A stretch of DNA of 58,900 nucleotides, counting the filler, from Sphacelaria rigidula (lineage: Eukaryota), in the NCBI GenBank assembly GCA_964200075.2. It is 7 parts of 7 records of this genome, joined end to end, with 100 filler letters (N's around TTAATTAATTAA, not from the genome) between each part and the next. Parts side by side here need not be neighbours in the genome. Positions count along the whole stretch, not along the records: positions 8,430 to 16,758 come from CAXNAA020011506.1; positions 16,859 to 25,187 come from CAXNAA020011507.1; 5 more parts are not named here. One strand, 5' to 3'. How positions within the stretch are numbered: the first letter of the stretch is position 1; each line of letters starts with the position of its first letter. This document shows positions 11,168-23,438 of this stretch, one piece after another. Below the pieces are notes generated by a model. That model ran no database searches. It saw nothing but the letters and a program-made list of their open reading frames with translations, and had not been told where the DNA came from. The position numbers were made by a program, and so were the translations under genes.

Positions 11168-13116
11168 GGATGTACACGTTACACGTGCCACAGCGTTGCC
11201 CGTTACGTTCAGGTTACGTTTTGGCCGAAACGTAACGTGAACGTTAAACTAAATTACGTGACAAACGTAACGTAAACGTAACGCTGAATTTGTCGTCAGG
11301 CGTTACACAACACGCCACAACACCTTGAACAGTGGTAAAGAGAGATTCGGGGAGCAAAAAAACAGAACTCAGGGATAAGCGAGAAACGATTGGATTGTTT
11401 ACGCTCAAACCCCAGGTTTGTTTCTATTTTGTTTAACCACGTAGGTGTGAACCATGGCCCACTTCTCAGGGTTTAGTATTTTCTGTTCCGAGTGCCACGT
11501 GGTCTGTGTCAAGAGTTGAAGAGGTAAAAGTCGCGCCGTGCCGTTCTGCGTTTGTACCCCGCGCCCACCAATGCGATGCTACCCGTACAGCGCGGAAACG
11601 CATATACAGAGCCGTGCTACGATAGGTTGGGTGTTTGATTCCAGGATAAAAGGACCCAGAGGTGTTTCTGACAACCTGCCACACTCGCCGTGCGCTTGTT
11701 TCTGGGTTAAACGGCGTCAAGCAGCATGAATGAGCGTTATTTATCGGCGACACGCGCGTTCGGACGATCGTTTCTTCTTCAACGATGATTCATTCGAAGT
11801 TGAATTTTGTGGAAACAATGACCCCAAATACCCCCCGTCCTATCGTAGCATGACTAGTGTTGTTTGTGCTGTGCCCGTAGCGTTGAATACGCGACAGCAG
11901 TGTTGTCAATACAGCGTTCGGGTACGAACCCGGCACAATATACAGCGCTGGGCACACAGGCAGTGCACCTCGGCGCCCGCTAGTCATTTACAAGTCCTGC
12001 ACCTGTCAGTGTGTGGTACAGCACCAGTACAAGTTGTGACAGTTGAGAGTTGTACTGCTACACTGTCTGTAGATAGTTCTGTGTACTGTGTCTGTAGTAA
12101 GTGGTATGTACTGTACTGTCTGTAGTACAAGTGTGCACATATCTGTGTGTGTGCGTGTGGATATTTTGAGGAAGTACAGTCATTCTCGATGGAGGTTCCC
12201 TACGCAGTAATCCTAGCTGCGTGGAGGCGAACAGCGAAAAGAGATACCTGTCGACCTGGCTAGAGATGACGCGGACGGGCGGAAGTGGGTCACTCATGCA
12301 GTCGGTACGAGGACTTCAACAAAATAGCCACCCTGCGGTGGTGTGCCTGCGCGAGCTAACGCAAGCTTCACCTTGGGTGGCCCCTTTATCAAGTCTTCGT
12401 AGCGGCTGCTTGAGCAGCCGACTCCTGCCCTTTCGCGTCATCATAAACCAGGTCGACTGGTGTCTTGGCTACCCCATTCGCCTTCAAGTCTTCCTTGTAA
12501 TCCTGGGTCACCCTCGTGAATGGGCTGCTATCACCAGCGCTGTCACGGGCGTTCACGGCATCCGCCATTGCCCCACTTTCGATCTTCGTCCTACGGCTGT
12601 GCTTTGTAACCTTGGTCGTTATGGGGCAGGGTGTCTAGTTCCGTTTCCTAACCCTGAGTCGGGCACCAACGCTTTGGGGTGTTGAGCAACTCAGGTTTAC
12701 TTGAAAATTCGAAAATTATGCCTGAGTTGCTGCGCACGTCTCTTCTCAGGGTTCAGCTTTCGGGGTTCAACTAGGGGAATTCGTCATATCCTGGTCTTGA
12801 ATCCCAACTGCTGAACCCTAACCCTGAGTTTTTCCGCCCGGGTTTTTGTTTCCGAAACTCTCTGGATGGAACGTTACATGCGAACATTACACGTTACATG
12901 AAACGTTTCATTACATGTAACGAAACGTAACGTAACAGGAAACGTCTGACGTGATGAACGTACCGTTAACGTAACGTTTACCTAACGTCTGATATCAAAT
13001 GAAACGTTAACGTAACATTATTTTTCCTCAACGTGACATGCGTAACGTACGTGGATGTTGAATGTGTTTCACGTGATGAACGTAACGTGAACGTGAGTGA
13101 TTAACGTGTATATCAC
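11168..13116. mobile_element. ACGT/AACGT-rich non-autonomous TIR element, split by a later insertion
   Basis: Termini GGGATGTACACGTTA and (rc) GTGATATACACGTTA. Dense AACGT/ACGTT motifs at 11170-11310 and 12870-13110. Confidence 0.7.
11339..12863. mobile_element. Innermost TIR element of the nest
   Basis: Termini AGAGAGATTCGG..AAAAA..AACTCAGGG and (rc) AGAGAGTTTCGG..AAAAA..AACTCAGGG. Confidence 0.65.
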
Positions 13117-13334
13117 TCAATATTTCTCAATTTTACATATTCAAAACGTTTCCAGCAACGGAGTTTCTCTTCCGGAACACGAACGGCGGACTTGACTTCT
13201 CATTAGTAGTGTTTCCCCTCTATCATTTCGAGAGACGTTCGAAAGAACCCTGGAACAATTTTCATGACACGCGAAGAAAGCCGACCAAAGCGGATTCCCT
13301 CACCTGGTGAAAGCCGTTCCGAATGTACGAAAAC

Positions 13335-13356
13335 ATATATATATATATATATATAT
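13335..13356. repeat. (AT)n microsatellite
   Basis: Read directly from the sequence. Confidence 0.95.
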
Positions 13357-13863
13357 TTATGTGTGTACATTGATTCCAAGACCGGAACAACAATGCGCAA
13401 CAAGGAAAGCTCAGGGAAGTTTCAACGGACATACAAAATCCTCAGTTAGTTGTTTCTGCAAAACGTTTCCCGAAAAAATGTGAATTTTCGAAATGGGTTT
13501 GAGCCCCATTCAATGTTCGATGTTCAGCCACATTTTCCCGGTGACCGATGTTTTTTTCTCCGCTAGACTTGCATTTTTTGCGGGGCACCGGTCATCAAAC
13601 TCGGAGGCCGGTCAAGTCCAGTGAAACTTCTGATGTTTCGCTGGACTTGGCCCATCTCCGAGAAAATGAGCGCTCTCCGAGAAAACCGCAAGTTTTGCAC
13701 ACTCTGGACGATGGACACAATAATATTCAATTGCTTCAGCAATAGACACAGGAGAAAACCTATCGATATATATATAATCGAACAAGATAGATGGTGAAAC
13801 ACATCTATTGATATGTATTGTAAGGGACAGTAGATGTTGCAATAGTCGATCGATATCCCATAA

Positions 13864-14214
13864 CGGGGGATTCTATAAAGTGAGGTTGATCAATGAAATG
13901 AGGTTTGAGGAGGCTAGCCAGAATGTGACAAAAACCCGAGGGAAGTACCGTCCGCAAGTGCCTTCGATCATTTTCGGGGAGAGGGGGGGGCGTACTCATT
14001 TGTTGCTTGCCTTAGTCGTTTGATTATTGACCTTTCGAGACGGGGCGTGGTTAATGGTCAAACGACTAAGGCAAGCAACAAATGAGTACGCCCCAACCCC
14101 CCGAAAATGATCGAAGGCACTTGCGGACGGTGCTTCCGTCGGGTTTTTGTCGCATTCTGGCTAGCCTCCTCGAACCTCATTTCATTGATCAACCCCACTC
14201 TATAGAACCCCCTG
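13864..14214. mobile_element. Near-perfect palindromic MITE, ~165-bp arms
   Basis: 13864-14030 is the reverse complement of 14050-14214. The same terminus (GATTCTATAAA.TGAGGTT.ATCAATGAAATGAGGTT) also occurs at ~8146-8190. Confidence 0.9.
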
Positions 14215-14269
14215 TTCTATGGCAGTTACAACAGATGAAGATCACTCGCTATCGATGGAAATCGTGCAC

Positions 14270-15785
14270 CGCAATAGATTCTGGGATGTATGTGTCGATA
14301 ACCATTGCCGTAATCAATAGGTGTGATGAGCCATCCATCGATAGTCATTGCCGATATCAATAGATTCGGTGAGCCACCTATCAATATCAATTACCGTCAT
14401 CAATAAATTTCGTGAGTCGTCTATCGGTAGCCTCTACCAACAATGCATTTTTGGGTATCTATCAGTACGGTCATTGTCGTCAACAATTGTTCTCGAGAGC
14501 ACCTTTCGATAGCCAGTGACGCCAACGACAGGTTTCGATGAATATATTGCTCCCTGCAGTGGTCTTATGACATCAACGGCAATACCCCTCACACATGAAC
14601 ACGCAACTACCTGAGGCGTTAGCTGGCCATGGCTCCTGTGAAGTAAGGTGGAAACATCCACCGAAAAATGTGCATAGATAGGCAGTGACCGACGTCATTC
14701 AGCTACTTCTGTCGCCAGCTATAGATGTTGGTGGCCGCGATTCAGATGATATTGTGACCAACAATATGTATTGGTGGCCGCGTGGCAGATCCTATTGTGA
14801 TTAGCAATAGACATTGGTGGCCGCAATTCAGAGCCTACTGCAACAAATAAAACGTATCGATACACAACGTGATCCCTCCTCCATTGTCACAGCAATTATA
14901 CATGCTGTCCCTTTTCCCGAATCTCTTGTCGCCTACAATAGCTATCGATAGACATTGATGCCAGCCGATTACGACTGACGATGAATATTGACAGTCAATT
15001 TTTTGGGGTTATTGCAGCGCCAATGTTCTATCACATAGTATTTTGTCCAGGGTATAAGCACATCTCACCCACACACAAGAGTAAGCTAAGCGCTCATGTC
15101 CCTCAAAAAGACAACCAGCAGTACCGACACCACACCAACAACAACGCTTGTAAACGTTTGTTTACACATATTGCGGATTCCTGCAAAATACAGGCGTTTC
15201 AAAATTGTAGAAAGGTGGCGTCACATTTTCACGAGTAGTATCATTATATACCCACTGCATGTCCACCGGGGACTTCTCTACTGTACTTTTCAACGCAGTA
15301 TATTATGCTCTATAAGTAGTATGTGGCGATGTAGGTGTGGCAATAGACGACAGAGAATATCTATCGGCAGGCATTGTATACCACAGTAGATTCTGGCATG
15401 CACCTACCGATATTCATTGCCGCATCGCATAGATTTTGTACGCAATCTATCAATAGCGATTGTCGCCATCAATACATTTGGTATACAATCTGTCATTAGC
15501 GATCGTCGTCATCAATACATTTGGCACGCGGTCTATCGATAGCCATTGTCACCATGCATAGATTTTGAAAACTGTAGATCGATACAGTTGGTCGGCCGCA
15601 ATAGATTTCGGTGTAGGACCACAACAGACTGCTGCCCCGACTAAAGTGTGGGAAACTGGCCTATGGATAGACATTGCCGACGACAATAGAAAGAGAAACT
15701 TGCTGATCGATGGCCATTGCGGACAACGATGTCGACATCTACTGCAGCAGATTCTATTCCTATCGCAATAGATGCCGTCTATTGT
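14270..15785. repeat. Degenerate 42-43 bp tandem arrays rich in CAATAGAT/ATCGAT
   Basis: GGTGGCCGC at 14730, 14773 and 14816. Further periodic blocks at 14270-14430 and 15380-15610. Confidence 0.7.
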
Positions 15786-16410
15786 CGAGGGTGTGAAGTT
15801 TTGCCAAAAAGCAGCCCTGTGGCCACCGGGAAAACGCGCAGGTGTGCTGAAACCATTTCATCGAGTACAGCAAGGCATTTCAAGATTTCGAAATCTGCCC
15901 AGCTTTCTTTTCGGGCCTAAAATGACGAAAAAACTCCAAAAAGGCAGTTTTCTAGAGTTTTTATTGCCACAAGAAGCTTCAATAAAGAAAAGTGTTGAAC
16001 ATTGGCGAAATCACAGCAGTATGAAGGTCTCTGCGAGCCGCTCATTAACCGCAGAACTGTTCCAACACACAAAAACAACTAGTGAGATGAGCTGATACTT
16101 TCCTATACCCCCCCAACAGGGTGCAGCGCGGTCCCTCAAGGAAACGCCAACACTCAGCAACTTCATCGGTGCTTTGATACCCACCACATCATCATTTCAA
16201 CACATCTGATTCGGTGTCAACTCGTGCAAAAACGGTAAAGAACCTTACTCTGACTCCTGACTCCAGGGAGATACTTTCAAGATGTGAACCGACCTCATTC
16301 TCAGAAGTCTGACCACGTCTGGCAATATAGTGACATGAATGAAGAGTACCCTTCCTCCCGCGAAAGTTGTGATGTACTGCAGAGGTGGCTTGAATCATCT
16401 GGGTGAACCA

Positions 16411-16758
16411 GGGGAGGGGGGGGGGGGGGGGGGGTACCCATTTGTCGCTTCTTTTAGTGGTTTGACCATTGACCCCGCATCCCTTTCGAGACGGGCAGGG
16501 AAGAAGTCAGCTAATTGAGACCTCCAACATTTAGGTGCTCATTACGTTTCTTCCGTACATTACACAACAAACCATTTACATAACTTTCCCCCGTCCTGTT
16601 TCGCCGTCTGTGGCCACCATCTATCTCCTAGTATAGCCATCGTTCTTTCGCTACCGTCTAATGCATCAAACGATAAGTGAACCAGGGGTGTGCTCATGAT
16701 CATGCATGCCATAGTCATCAGACCATTGACCTCGCATCCCTACAATGCCGGGACGGAG
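16411..16758 (-). mobile_element. Poly(C)-ended short elements, family A (16411-16676) followed by family B (16685 to gap)
   Basis: G-run + TACCCATTTG..TAGT..TTTGACCATTGACC. GTGAACCA is duplicated at 16403-16410 and 16677-16684. Homologous to 48681-48945 and 43765-43840. Confidence 0.8.
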
Positions 16759-16858
16759 NNNNNNNNNNNNNNNNNNNNNNNNNNNNNNNNNNNNNNNNNN
16801 NNTTAATTAATTAANNNNNNNNNNNNNNNNNNNNNNNNNNNNNNNNNNNNNNNNNNNN
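16759..16858. other. Artificial scaffold-joining linker
   Basis: 44N-TTAATTAATTAA-44N. Confidence 0.99.
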
Positions 16859-17850
16859 TTGTTGTTGTTGTTTTCACATTAAAAACCGTTCCGATATCTG
16901 CGCGGTACACTCGTACTGGGCATCTGATGCGGAAGCCGTCCGTGGTCACAGGGTAGCAAAAAAAGCCATAAAAAACACGCGAAGTCCTAGCAGACCCATC
17001 CCAGGTATACATCGTATGGATGCGTACCACCCAAGATTATGTATCTCCGTATCTCCGTCATGGTCGTGGGATGCACATGAAGTTGACATCACGAGACGAA
17101 TCACAACTGTCACTGAATTATGCATGTTCCGGTTGGGGCATCACTCGGTACTACAAGGTACGTAAAAGGTGGGGAACAGTGCAGACGAGTCCATACGCCT
17201 GTATGCTAAACGTACTGCATCAACAGAGAGAAGGTAGGATGAGAAGCACGCGGCGATCGTTCCCAAGATGGAGTAATCGCGCACAGGGCATAAGGAGTAC
17301 AGGGTGTAACACGTACGGGGTATAACACCCCTTGACAGGAGAACACCGATAACATAGACCCTACCGTCACAACAGAGCGCGAAAGATGTCAAGAATCTGG
17401 GAGATAATAATGCCAGCCTCGTTTTTGTTGAAAAAAGTGAATGAACCACGGGTAAACAGTTTTGCTGACCCCGACGAGAACGTGATATTCACAATTCGAA
17501 AAGGGCAAGGGAGTCGGCACTTCGGCCATGACTCGTGTTTCTTTTTTTTAGTGTTTTCTGCATTTTTTATTATTTTTTTCTCCTGTTTTTTTTTTTTTTT
17601 TTTTTTTTGCTTTTTTCTTTCTTTTTCCTTTTTTTTTCGCCCCCCTCCCCCTTTTTCTGCCCCTGCTTTTGCACAAAAAATGACACGTCAACGGTTGAGA
17701 CAAAACCAAAAAGGAGGACAAATTAAGCTAGGCTAGTAAAACGGTGGGGGACCACGTGGGGAGCCCTGTTTCGACCTGACTTTTGATCGGGGCTCCCCAA
17801 GGTACCAGCCTGGCTTAACCCTTCGACCGCGAGAGTAGTCTTTCTGAATC

Positions 17851-18525
17851 ATGCATACTTTTTTTCACTTGAAATTGATGCCGATTCAACAGAAGACTAC
17901 ATACCCTGGACAATCTCACCCTTCGGCCCTCCGTCGTGTGCCTCCTCGGATGCATGTCGTCAAGGTCAAGGAGGATCTCCTGAAGAAGGGAGTCGACGTG
18001 GACAGAGTAACGGAGGCCCTTTTGGAAGGGGCAAACCCCGAAGATGGTGGTGGTGTTGGCATCGCTTTCCAGTGCATTGGGAACGGGGACTGTTGCATGA
18101 ATGTCGTCGCGACGCTGATCATCGCGAAAAGTAGGAGGGGCGACCGTCGGAAGGCCATATTGCGGCTGGCCAAAAAGCTGAGACTGGCCATCGTGATCAC
18201 GGGGATCAAGTACATGGAGTTGTTCCTCGGTGATCAATATGATTTTTATGGAGCCTGGCCCTGCTACAGCACGGAATGCAGGGAAGATCTGGCAACCTCC
18301 GGGTGGACCGTGTCTCCCGGAGTGGACGACGGGTTATCTCTCGACTCGACGGACACCGCACGGTTGATGTTCGTGCGGCAGCTGTGGCATATGTCTGTGC
18401 CGGGGGTTTTTACGCAGCAGTTCGCATTCCCCATCATGACCACTGTCCTAGGAGGTCCGCTGAGGGTGTTTAATCCAAATAAGTTGGTGTTGCACTTTGG
18501 TGAAAAGGGGGTGCGGAGTAAATGA
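17851..18525 (+). CDS. OTU-like cysteine protease domain ORF directly upstream of the MULE transposase (probably a pseudogene fragment)
   Basis: CIGNGDCCMNVVA resembles the OTU catalytic GDGNC-box. LRLAIV helix. HMSVPGVFTQQFAFPIMTTVLGGPLRVFNP resembles the OTU/vertnin-type m..pg.w......la.vl.r.i.v..P segment. Confidence 0.5.
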   Translation: MHTFFHLKLMPIQQKTTYPGQSHPSALRRVPPRMHVVKVKEDLLKKGVDVDRVTEALLEGANPEDGGGVGIAFQCIGNGDCCMNVVATLIIAKSRRGDRRKAILRLAKKLRLAIVITGIKYMELFLGDQYDFYGAWPCYSTECREDLATSGWTVSPGVDDGLSLDSTDTARLMFVRQLWHMSVPGVFTQQFAFPIMTTVLGGPLRVFNPNKLVLHFGEKGVRSK

Positions 18526-18589
18526 AGAGGAGACCTCATGCAATGAAGATGTGACAAAATCAACGAATCCCGCCCGATCGCAAACACTT

Positions 18590-21500
18590 GTATCCTTCAT
18601 ATTGAAGACGGCGGACGGGTCGAGGTACACTTACTGCAAGATCGAGTGCGAGCATTCGGGACAACCTCGGATAAAGGATCAGATGAAGCCGGGTGGCTAC
18701 CGTCGAGCCGTCAATCCATAAAAAAAGGTCAGTGAACACTGTGTCGGGAATCTGGCGTATGTTGGTAGAACATACGAGAGCCTCACCACACGATGTTGGA
18801 GGCCGATGTTCCTACACTTTCTGTGCAACGTTCTTTTGTCGTGGCCCCATAGCACACGTGTGTTGGTGCTCACGATCCCACACCGTGAGCACGACAGGAT
18901 GCTTGTCGGCAACTTTGTGCTCAAAGGACGCCTCCACTCGTAACCTCCTGGACAGGTGGGATTTCCATTCGTTGTCAGGATCACCTGGGCTCTTCGGGAT
19001 GATGCGCCACACGTCACCGTGGTGAGTGCTGCCGTCCGAACCCAGTCGCCAAAAACTAGATTTTTCTTTTGCGTTTCGGGCGCGGGCACGTGTAGCATCC
19101 GACAACATCCACCCCCTACCCCCCTTCCGCTCGCCTTGATTCCGTGCCGCCAGTCCCGTCAGAATCATAACCACGACCCACGGGGATCGATCACAAGGGC
19201 CAATCCTCATATCCTCCCTACGTCCATCGTTGCAACGAGGGAAAGAGATTTTCGGAAATGGACAGCGGCTGGCCTCCGAGCCGGGGACATTATCAAATTA
19301 CTCGAAGCGGATGGTGGGAGTTTGCTACTCGGCAAAGATGGGAAGAAGAAGGTAAGCGAGGACCACTCTGACAGAGGATGGGGCGGGAATCGCGTGTGGA
19401 ATCTGTTCTCTCGCGTCGCAAACCATTTATGAGAAGTGGCGGTTCAACCCTCGGCATCACTCGGGAGAGTCCTGTCCACCCCTTACCGTGTCATTTGTTT
19501 TCCTTTTCCTTTTTATGTTTGCGGTGGATGATCACGTTCCAGGTCCGCAACATGATGCAGAAGGTGCAGAGGGATTTCTACTGCTCTCCACAGGATGCGA
19601 CCGAATGATTGTCTACCCTCAAAAGCGAGCCTGGTATGTTCTGCGAATATAAACTGGATGCAGAAGGAAGACTCGTGGATGCATGCTGGGCCACCGCAGA
19701 GCAGCAACAGAAGTGCGTAACATACGGAGGTTGCATCCAGTTGGATACGACGGTGCTCGTGTGCAGGTCAGAAGGTATGTTGGGATGTGGTTCGCAGATA
19801 CGGATGCCCTCTTCTCTTTGTGGTTGGTGGGCGCGGATAGCGAGAATCGCAGCTGCATCCTGGGGTACAGCCTCTTGCGGTCTGAGTGCACCGAGACTTT
19901 CGAGTGGATTCTTGACAAATACTGCCGAGCGAGGTGGGCGCCGACCCAAGGTATCCTTCACGCCATGTAAACATACTTTTCAACTCTCGAGACTGAGAAG
20001 TTCTGCTGCTCCCAGAATTTTTCTCCGCCGATGCACTATTTGCGACAGTTGCCCCTCTTGACATGGACTGACGTGTTGGTGGTTATGGTGACAATATTTC
20101 TCAATTTTCGCTGCTGCACAGGTTGTGCTGTCAGATGCGGACCTGGCAATGACGGATGCGGTGGAGACGTCCTGGCCCAGCACGCTCCACCTGTATTGCT
20201 TATGGCACATTTTCAAAAACGTGCCGAATAATTGTTTTTCTTCGCTGAGCGAAAGTGATCGGTCAGTATTCATGCACAAATTCTCGTGCGCAGCCTACGT
20301 AGCCACACCCGAGGTGAGGGATGGTATGTGGTTGGTATTCGTCCCAAACACCGTCGGGGGGTCCCTCAATGTGTACGTCGATGAGCGCACGTGTTGGCGG
20401 AGTATCATCTTGGTTGTACGCGAATCTCATCAGGAAAACGGTAAAGGGGAGGAGCTGAGCGATCTCACTCATGAAAAATCCCCTCTGCCCCCGTATTGCG
20501 TCAGGCATTCGGTCGCTTCCAGCATGAGGTGGAGACAATGGCGGAGGGGACCAAGTGCGAGGGTTACATCGCCGACATGTTCGCGTGAGTACACAGCACA
20601 AGTGGCAGAAACCCCCAAAGTGGATCTCATTTTACCATGGCCTCCACGCCACAAATTGCAAACATCTGTGTCTATCGGTGGTCGTTCGTGGGCACAAGTT
20701 GGATAGCAACTTAACCCGACCCTCCATCCGGCGCCGTGTGTTACATCCATCCACTGACCGGCCTCTCCATCCGTTCAGGAAGAAAGAAAAATGGGCTTTT
20801 TTCTGCCGGCCGACACATCTTACCCTGGGTATGGTTGCGACGAAGCGAACGGAGGGTCTGTTCGGGGTGGCAAAACAAACTGGCATCCATAGGGGCCTGT
20901 CACTGTGCGCCCTTTGGGACAAACTTCGCCAGTTGGAAACGCGCCTGTTGATGGAGACCGAGAGGTGAGGCGCTGCGCGCTCATGCACAACCCCAATTCA
21001 GGAGATGAGGGTCGTCTAGGATCTCGGGCAAGCGGTGGTCTTGTTTGAAATAATAGCCGATCTTGGATTACCTTGGAGCCGCCTCTTTCACCAACTCGTG
21101 CTGGATAGTCGCGTGTCTCGATCCTTAACGTTGTGCGTGAACAGCAACCGTGATGTGTCTTCGTGGCCCGCGAATTTCAGGAACTCGCTCCTACTCGCAA
21201 TCGGCTTGAGGTTGGGGGCAATTCTTTAATCAACGGGCTGGTCAGCCACTCAATCCGTCGATGATTCCGTGCAGCTTGACTACTGGAAGCCATTGTAGTC
21301 TCGTTCCATGGGCATACAAATCCTGGGAAATTCGTGTCTGTTGAATCTCACGGAACTTGGTCTTTCGGATGTCCGACAGACTATCGTCCCGCCGCATCGA
21401 TACCGGGAGAACATTCGCTGTGAAGGACCTGGAGAGCATGTTCCGACCCATTCTGGACAGTCTGCGGGCCGCCGGGGCGAGTAATTACTGCGAGAAGGTC

Positions 21501-23240
21501 AGTACTGACTTGCGTCGTATCGACTCGTAGTGTCCCGTACCTAGCACACTATGATTACGCTGCGTACACCGCGAGACTTGGCATCAGAATTGCTACGCTT
21601 GTCGCTTCCAGGAAGAAATGCTGTCGGTGGTTGCCTCTAAGATCAACTTTTAGCCCGACTTTTATGCACTGGAATGTGGACTTGTACGAGTTGATGATTT
21701 CAGCAACAATATCACGTGATTTCCTCTCGCGGATTAAGTTTTCGGACCCCAGTCCGTTGGGCAATGTTTTTCGGCTATCTGTGAGGAAGCCAGATCAATT
21801 CTCCGATTCCCTAGACGTCGACTTTGTTATGTAACCTCTCCGAAAAAATCCAGGCACTCCACGATCTCGCCGCCGCGAGATTGACGGAGATGCCGTCGAG
21901 ATCCTAGAGTTGCCCGATTTTTGTCAGGAACGTGCCCGAAAGTCAACGTCGAGGGAATCGAATAATTGATCTGGCTTGCTCACAGCTAGTCGCAAAACAT
22001 TGCCCAACGGAGTGGGGTCCGAAAAAACAGTCCGCGTGAGTAAATCGCCTGATATTGTTGCTCAAATCGTGAATTCGTACAAATCTAGGTTCCGGTGCAT
22101 AAACATCGGTCTAACGATGCTCAAGATATAAAGTCGGGTTGTGCGATTGAAATGACCGGCTTGTGCTCTGTTCTCGCCCATGCAGGAGCTCCAAGTGGAG
22201 TTCTCAAACGCATGTCAGGCTTACGATGTCAGCATCGCACGAGGGCCAAGGGATACCGACGACAGACCGATCCCTGTCAGTGCTGCCTATGTTCGCCGCT
22301 TGTCGTTGGTGAACCGCCGAGCGAAGATCTTGCAAGAGGCGCCAGATTTAACGGACCTGGAAAATGACTTTCACGGCGCGTCGGACGCCAGCATGTGGGC
22401 GCGCACTTCTCTGGAGGCATTTTTGAAAGTGATTGCTGACGTCCCCGCTGAGGCCGTGGCGATAGTACAGTCATCTCGTCGTTTTGGGGCCCGGCAAATT
22501 TCACCTCTGCTCTTGCCTGCAGCTTCTGCGCCGTGGACTACCATGCAGGCACTACTTCGCCGTCTGCCACAAATGTTGGAAAAATGGTGGACGCGGGTGG
22601 CGAAGTCCAACACCCGTTCGACAGTGCGTGTGCGCACAACCGTTGGCGGGAGCGAACCGATGGCCAGGACGCTCCGTGGAGCGTGAAGCAGGTGCTCCGG
22701 TCGTCGGGGCATGGTGAAGGCTGGGACGGAGTTTGCGACGGTGGCAGCGGCGGTGGTTGGGGACCTACCCTTGACAACAGTGCCGACGATGTGCACCCCC
22801 CAGAGCCAGCCGAGCCGAAACGAAACGCCAGAGTGGAAGCCGATTAACGGCGCATCTTCGCCACGTTGATGGCGCGCTTCAAGGAGGAAGCAAACACCAT
22901 CATTAGTTCCGTATCACCGCCGGCAGAGGCGTTGTCGATCCAAACGCAAATGGTGGCATACCGGTTTACTCTGATCCATATGGCGAAGGGCGCACCCGGG
23001 CCAGGCAACCCGGCAAAGCCCCCACAAAAAGGTCGCCCGAAGGGATCGGGCAACGAACCTAAGTTGAGTACACGTGAGGTGGGCAGGGGTAAGGTGAAGG
23101 GCAGCGTCAAGGTCAAGGAGGAGAGAGCGTCCAATCCTCAGCAGCGGGGGGGCAATTCCAAGCGCACCAAACGCCACAGAGACTCGATGGAGACGCGAGG
23201 ATCCCGGCCCAGCAAGCGCTCGAAGACCTCCGTCCCATGA
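18590..23240 (+). pseudogene. Mutator-like (MULE/FAR1-type) transposase, intron-containing, disrupted
   Basis: FAR1-like KIECEHSG...HNH. D in QLDTT (19744-19746), D in LSDAD (20134-20136), CLWH, E in TKRTEG (20852-20854). SWIM finger CSC...GLPCRH (~22508-22552) and C-terminal KGRPK. GT-AG introns, e.g. exon 21380-21497. Stop at 19606-19608 and frameshifts. Confidence 0.93.
21650..22114. mobile_element. Palindromic MITE inserted in a MULE intron
   Basis: 21650-21870 is mirrored by 21885-22114, e.g. TTTTCGGACCCCA.TCCGTTGGGCAATGTTTT and its reverse complement. Confidence 0.9.
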
Positions 23241-23438
23241 CCGTTGACCGTGAAAGTGCACCCTGGAACGGTTGTGGCATGATCGACTTGCGCGCCCTGG
23301 GTTGCCGATGTTCTCTTCGAGCTCCTCATCGGAAAATTGATGTTTGCTGTCGGTGTCCCGCTTTGTCAGTCAGTTCTGGTAGGACACGTAGACGGTGTAT
23401 CACGGTGCATGTGGCGAGGTTAACGGTGGGGGCAACGG

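Larger units (their letters stand above)
10835..13545. mobile_element. Outer foldback element (~280-bp diverged inverted arms) with nested insertions
   Basis: 10835-11110 (AACTGAGGA..TTGAAACTT..TTCGTACATTCG..TCACCAGGTGA) is mirrored at 13245-13545. Confidence 0.8.

Noticed and set aside
17536-17700. Phe-rich membrane-protein ORFs
   Set aside because: Translations of a low-complexity T-rich tract, possibly low-quality sequence.
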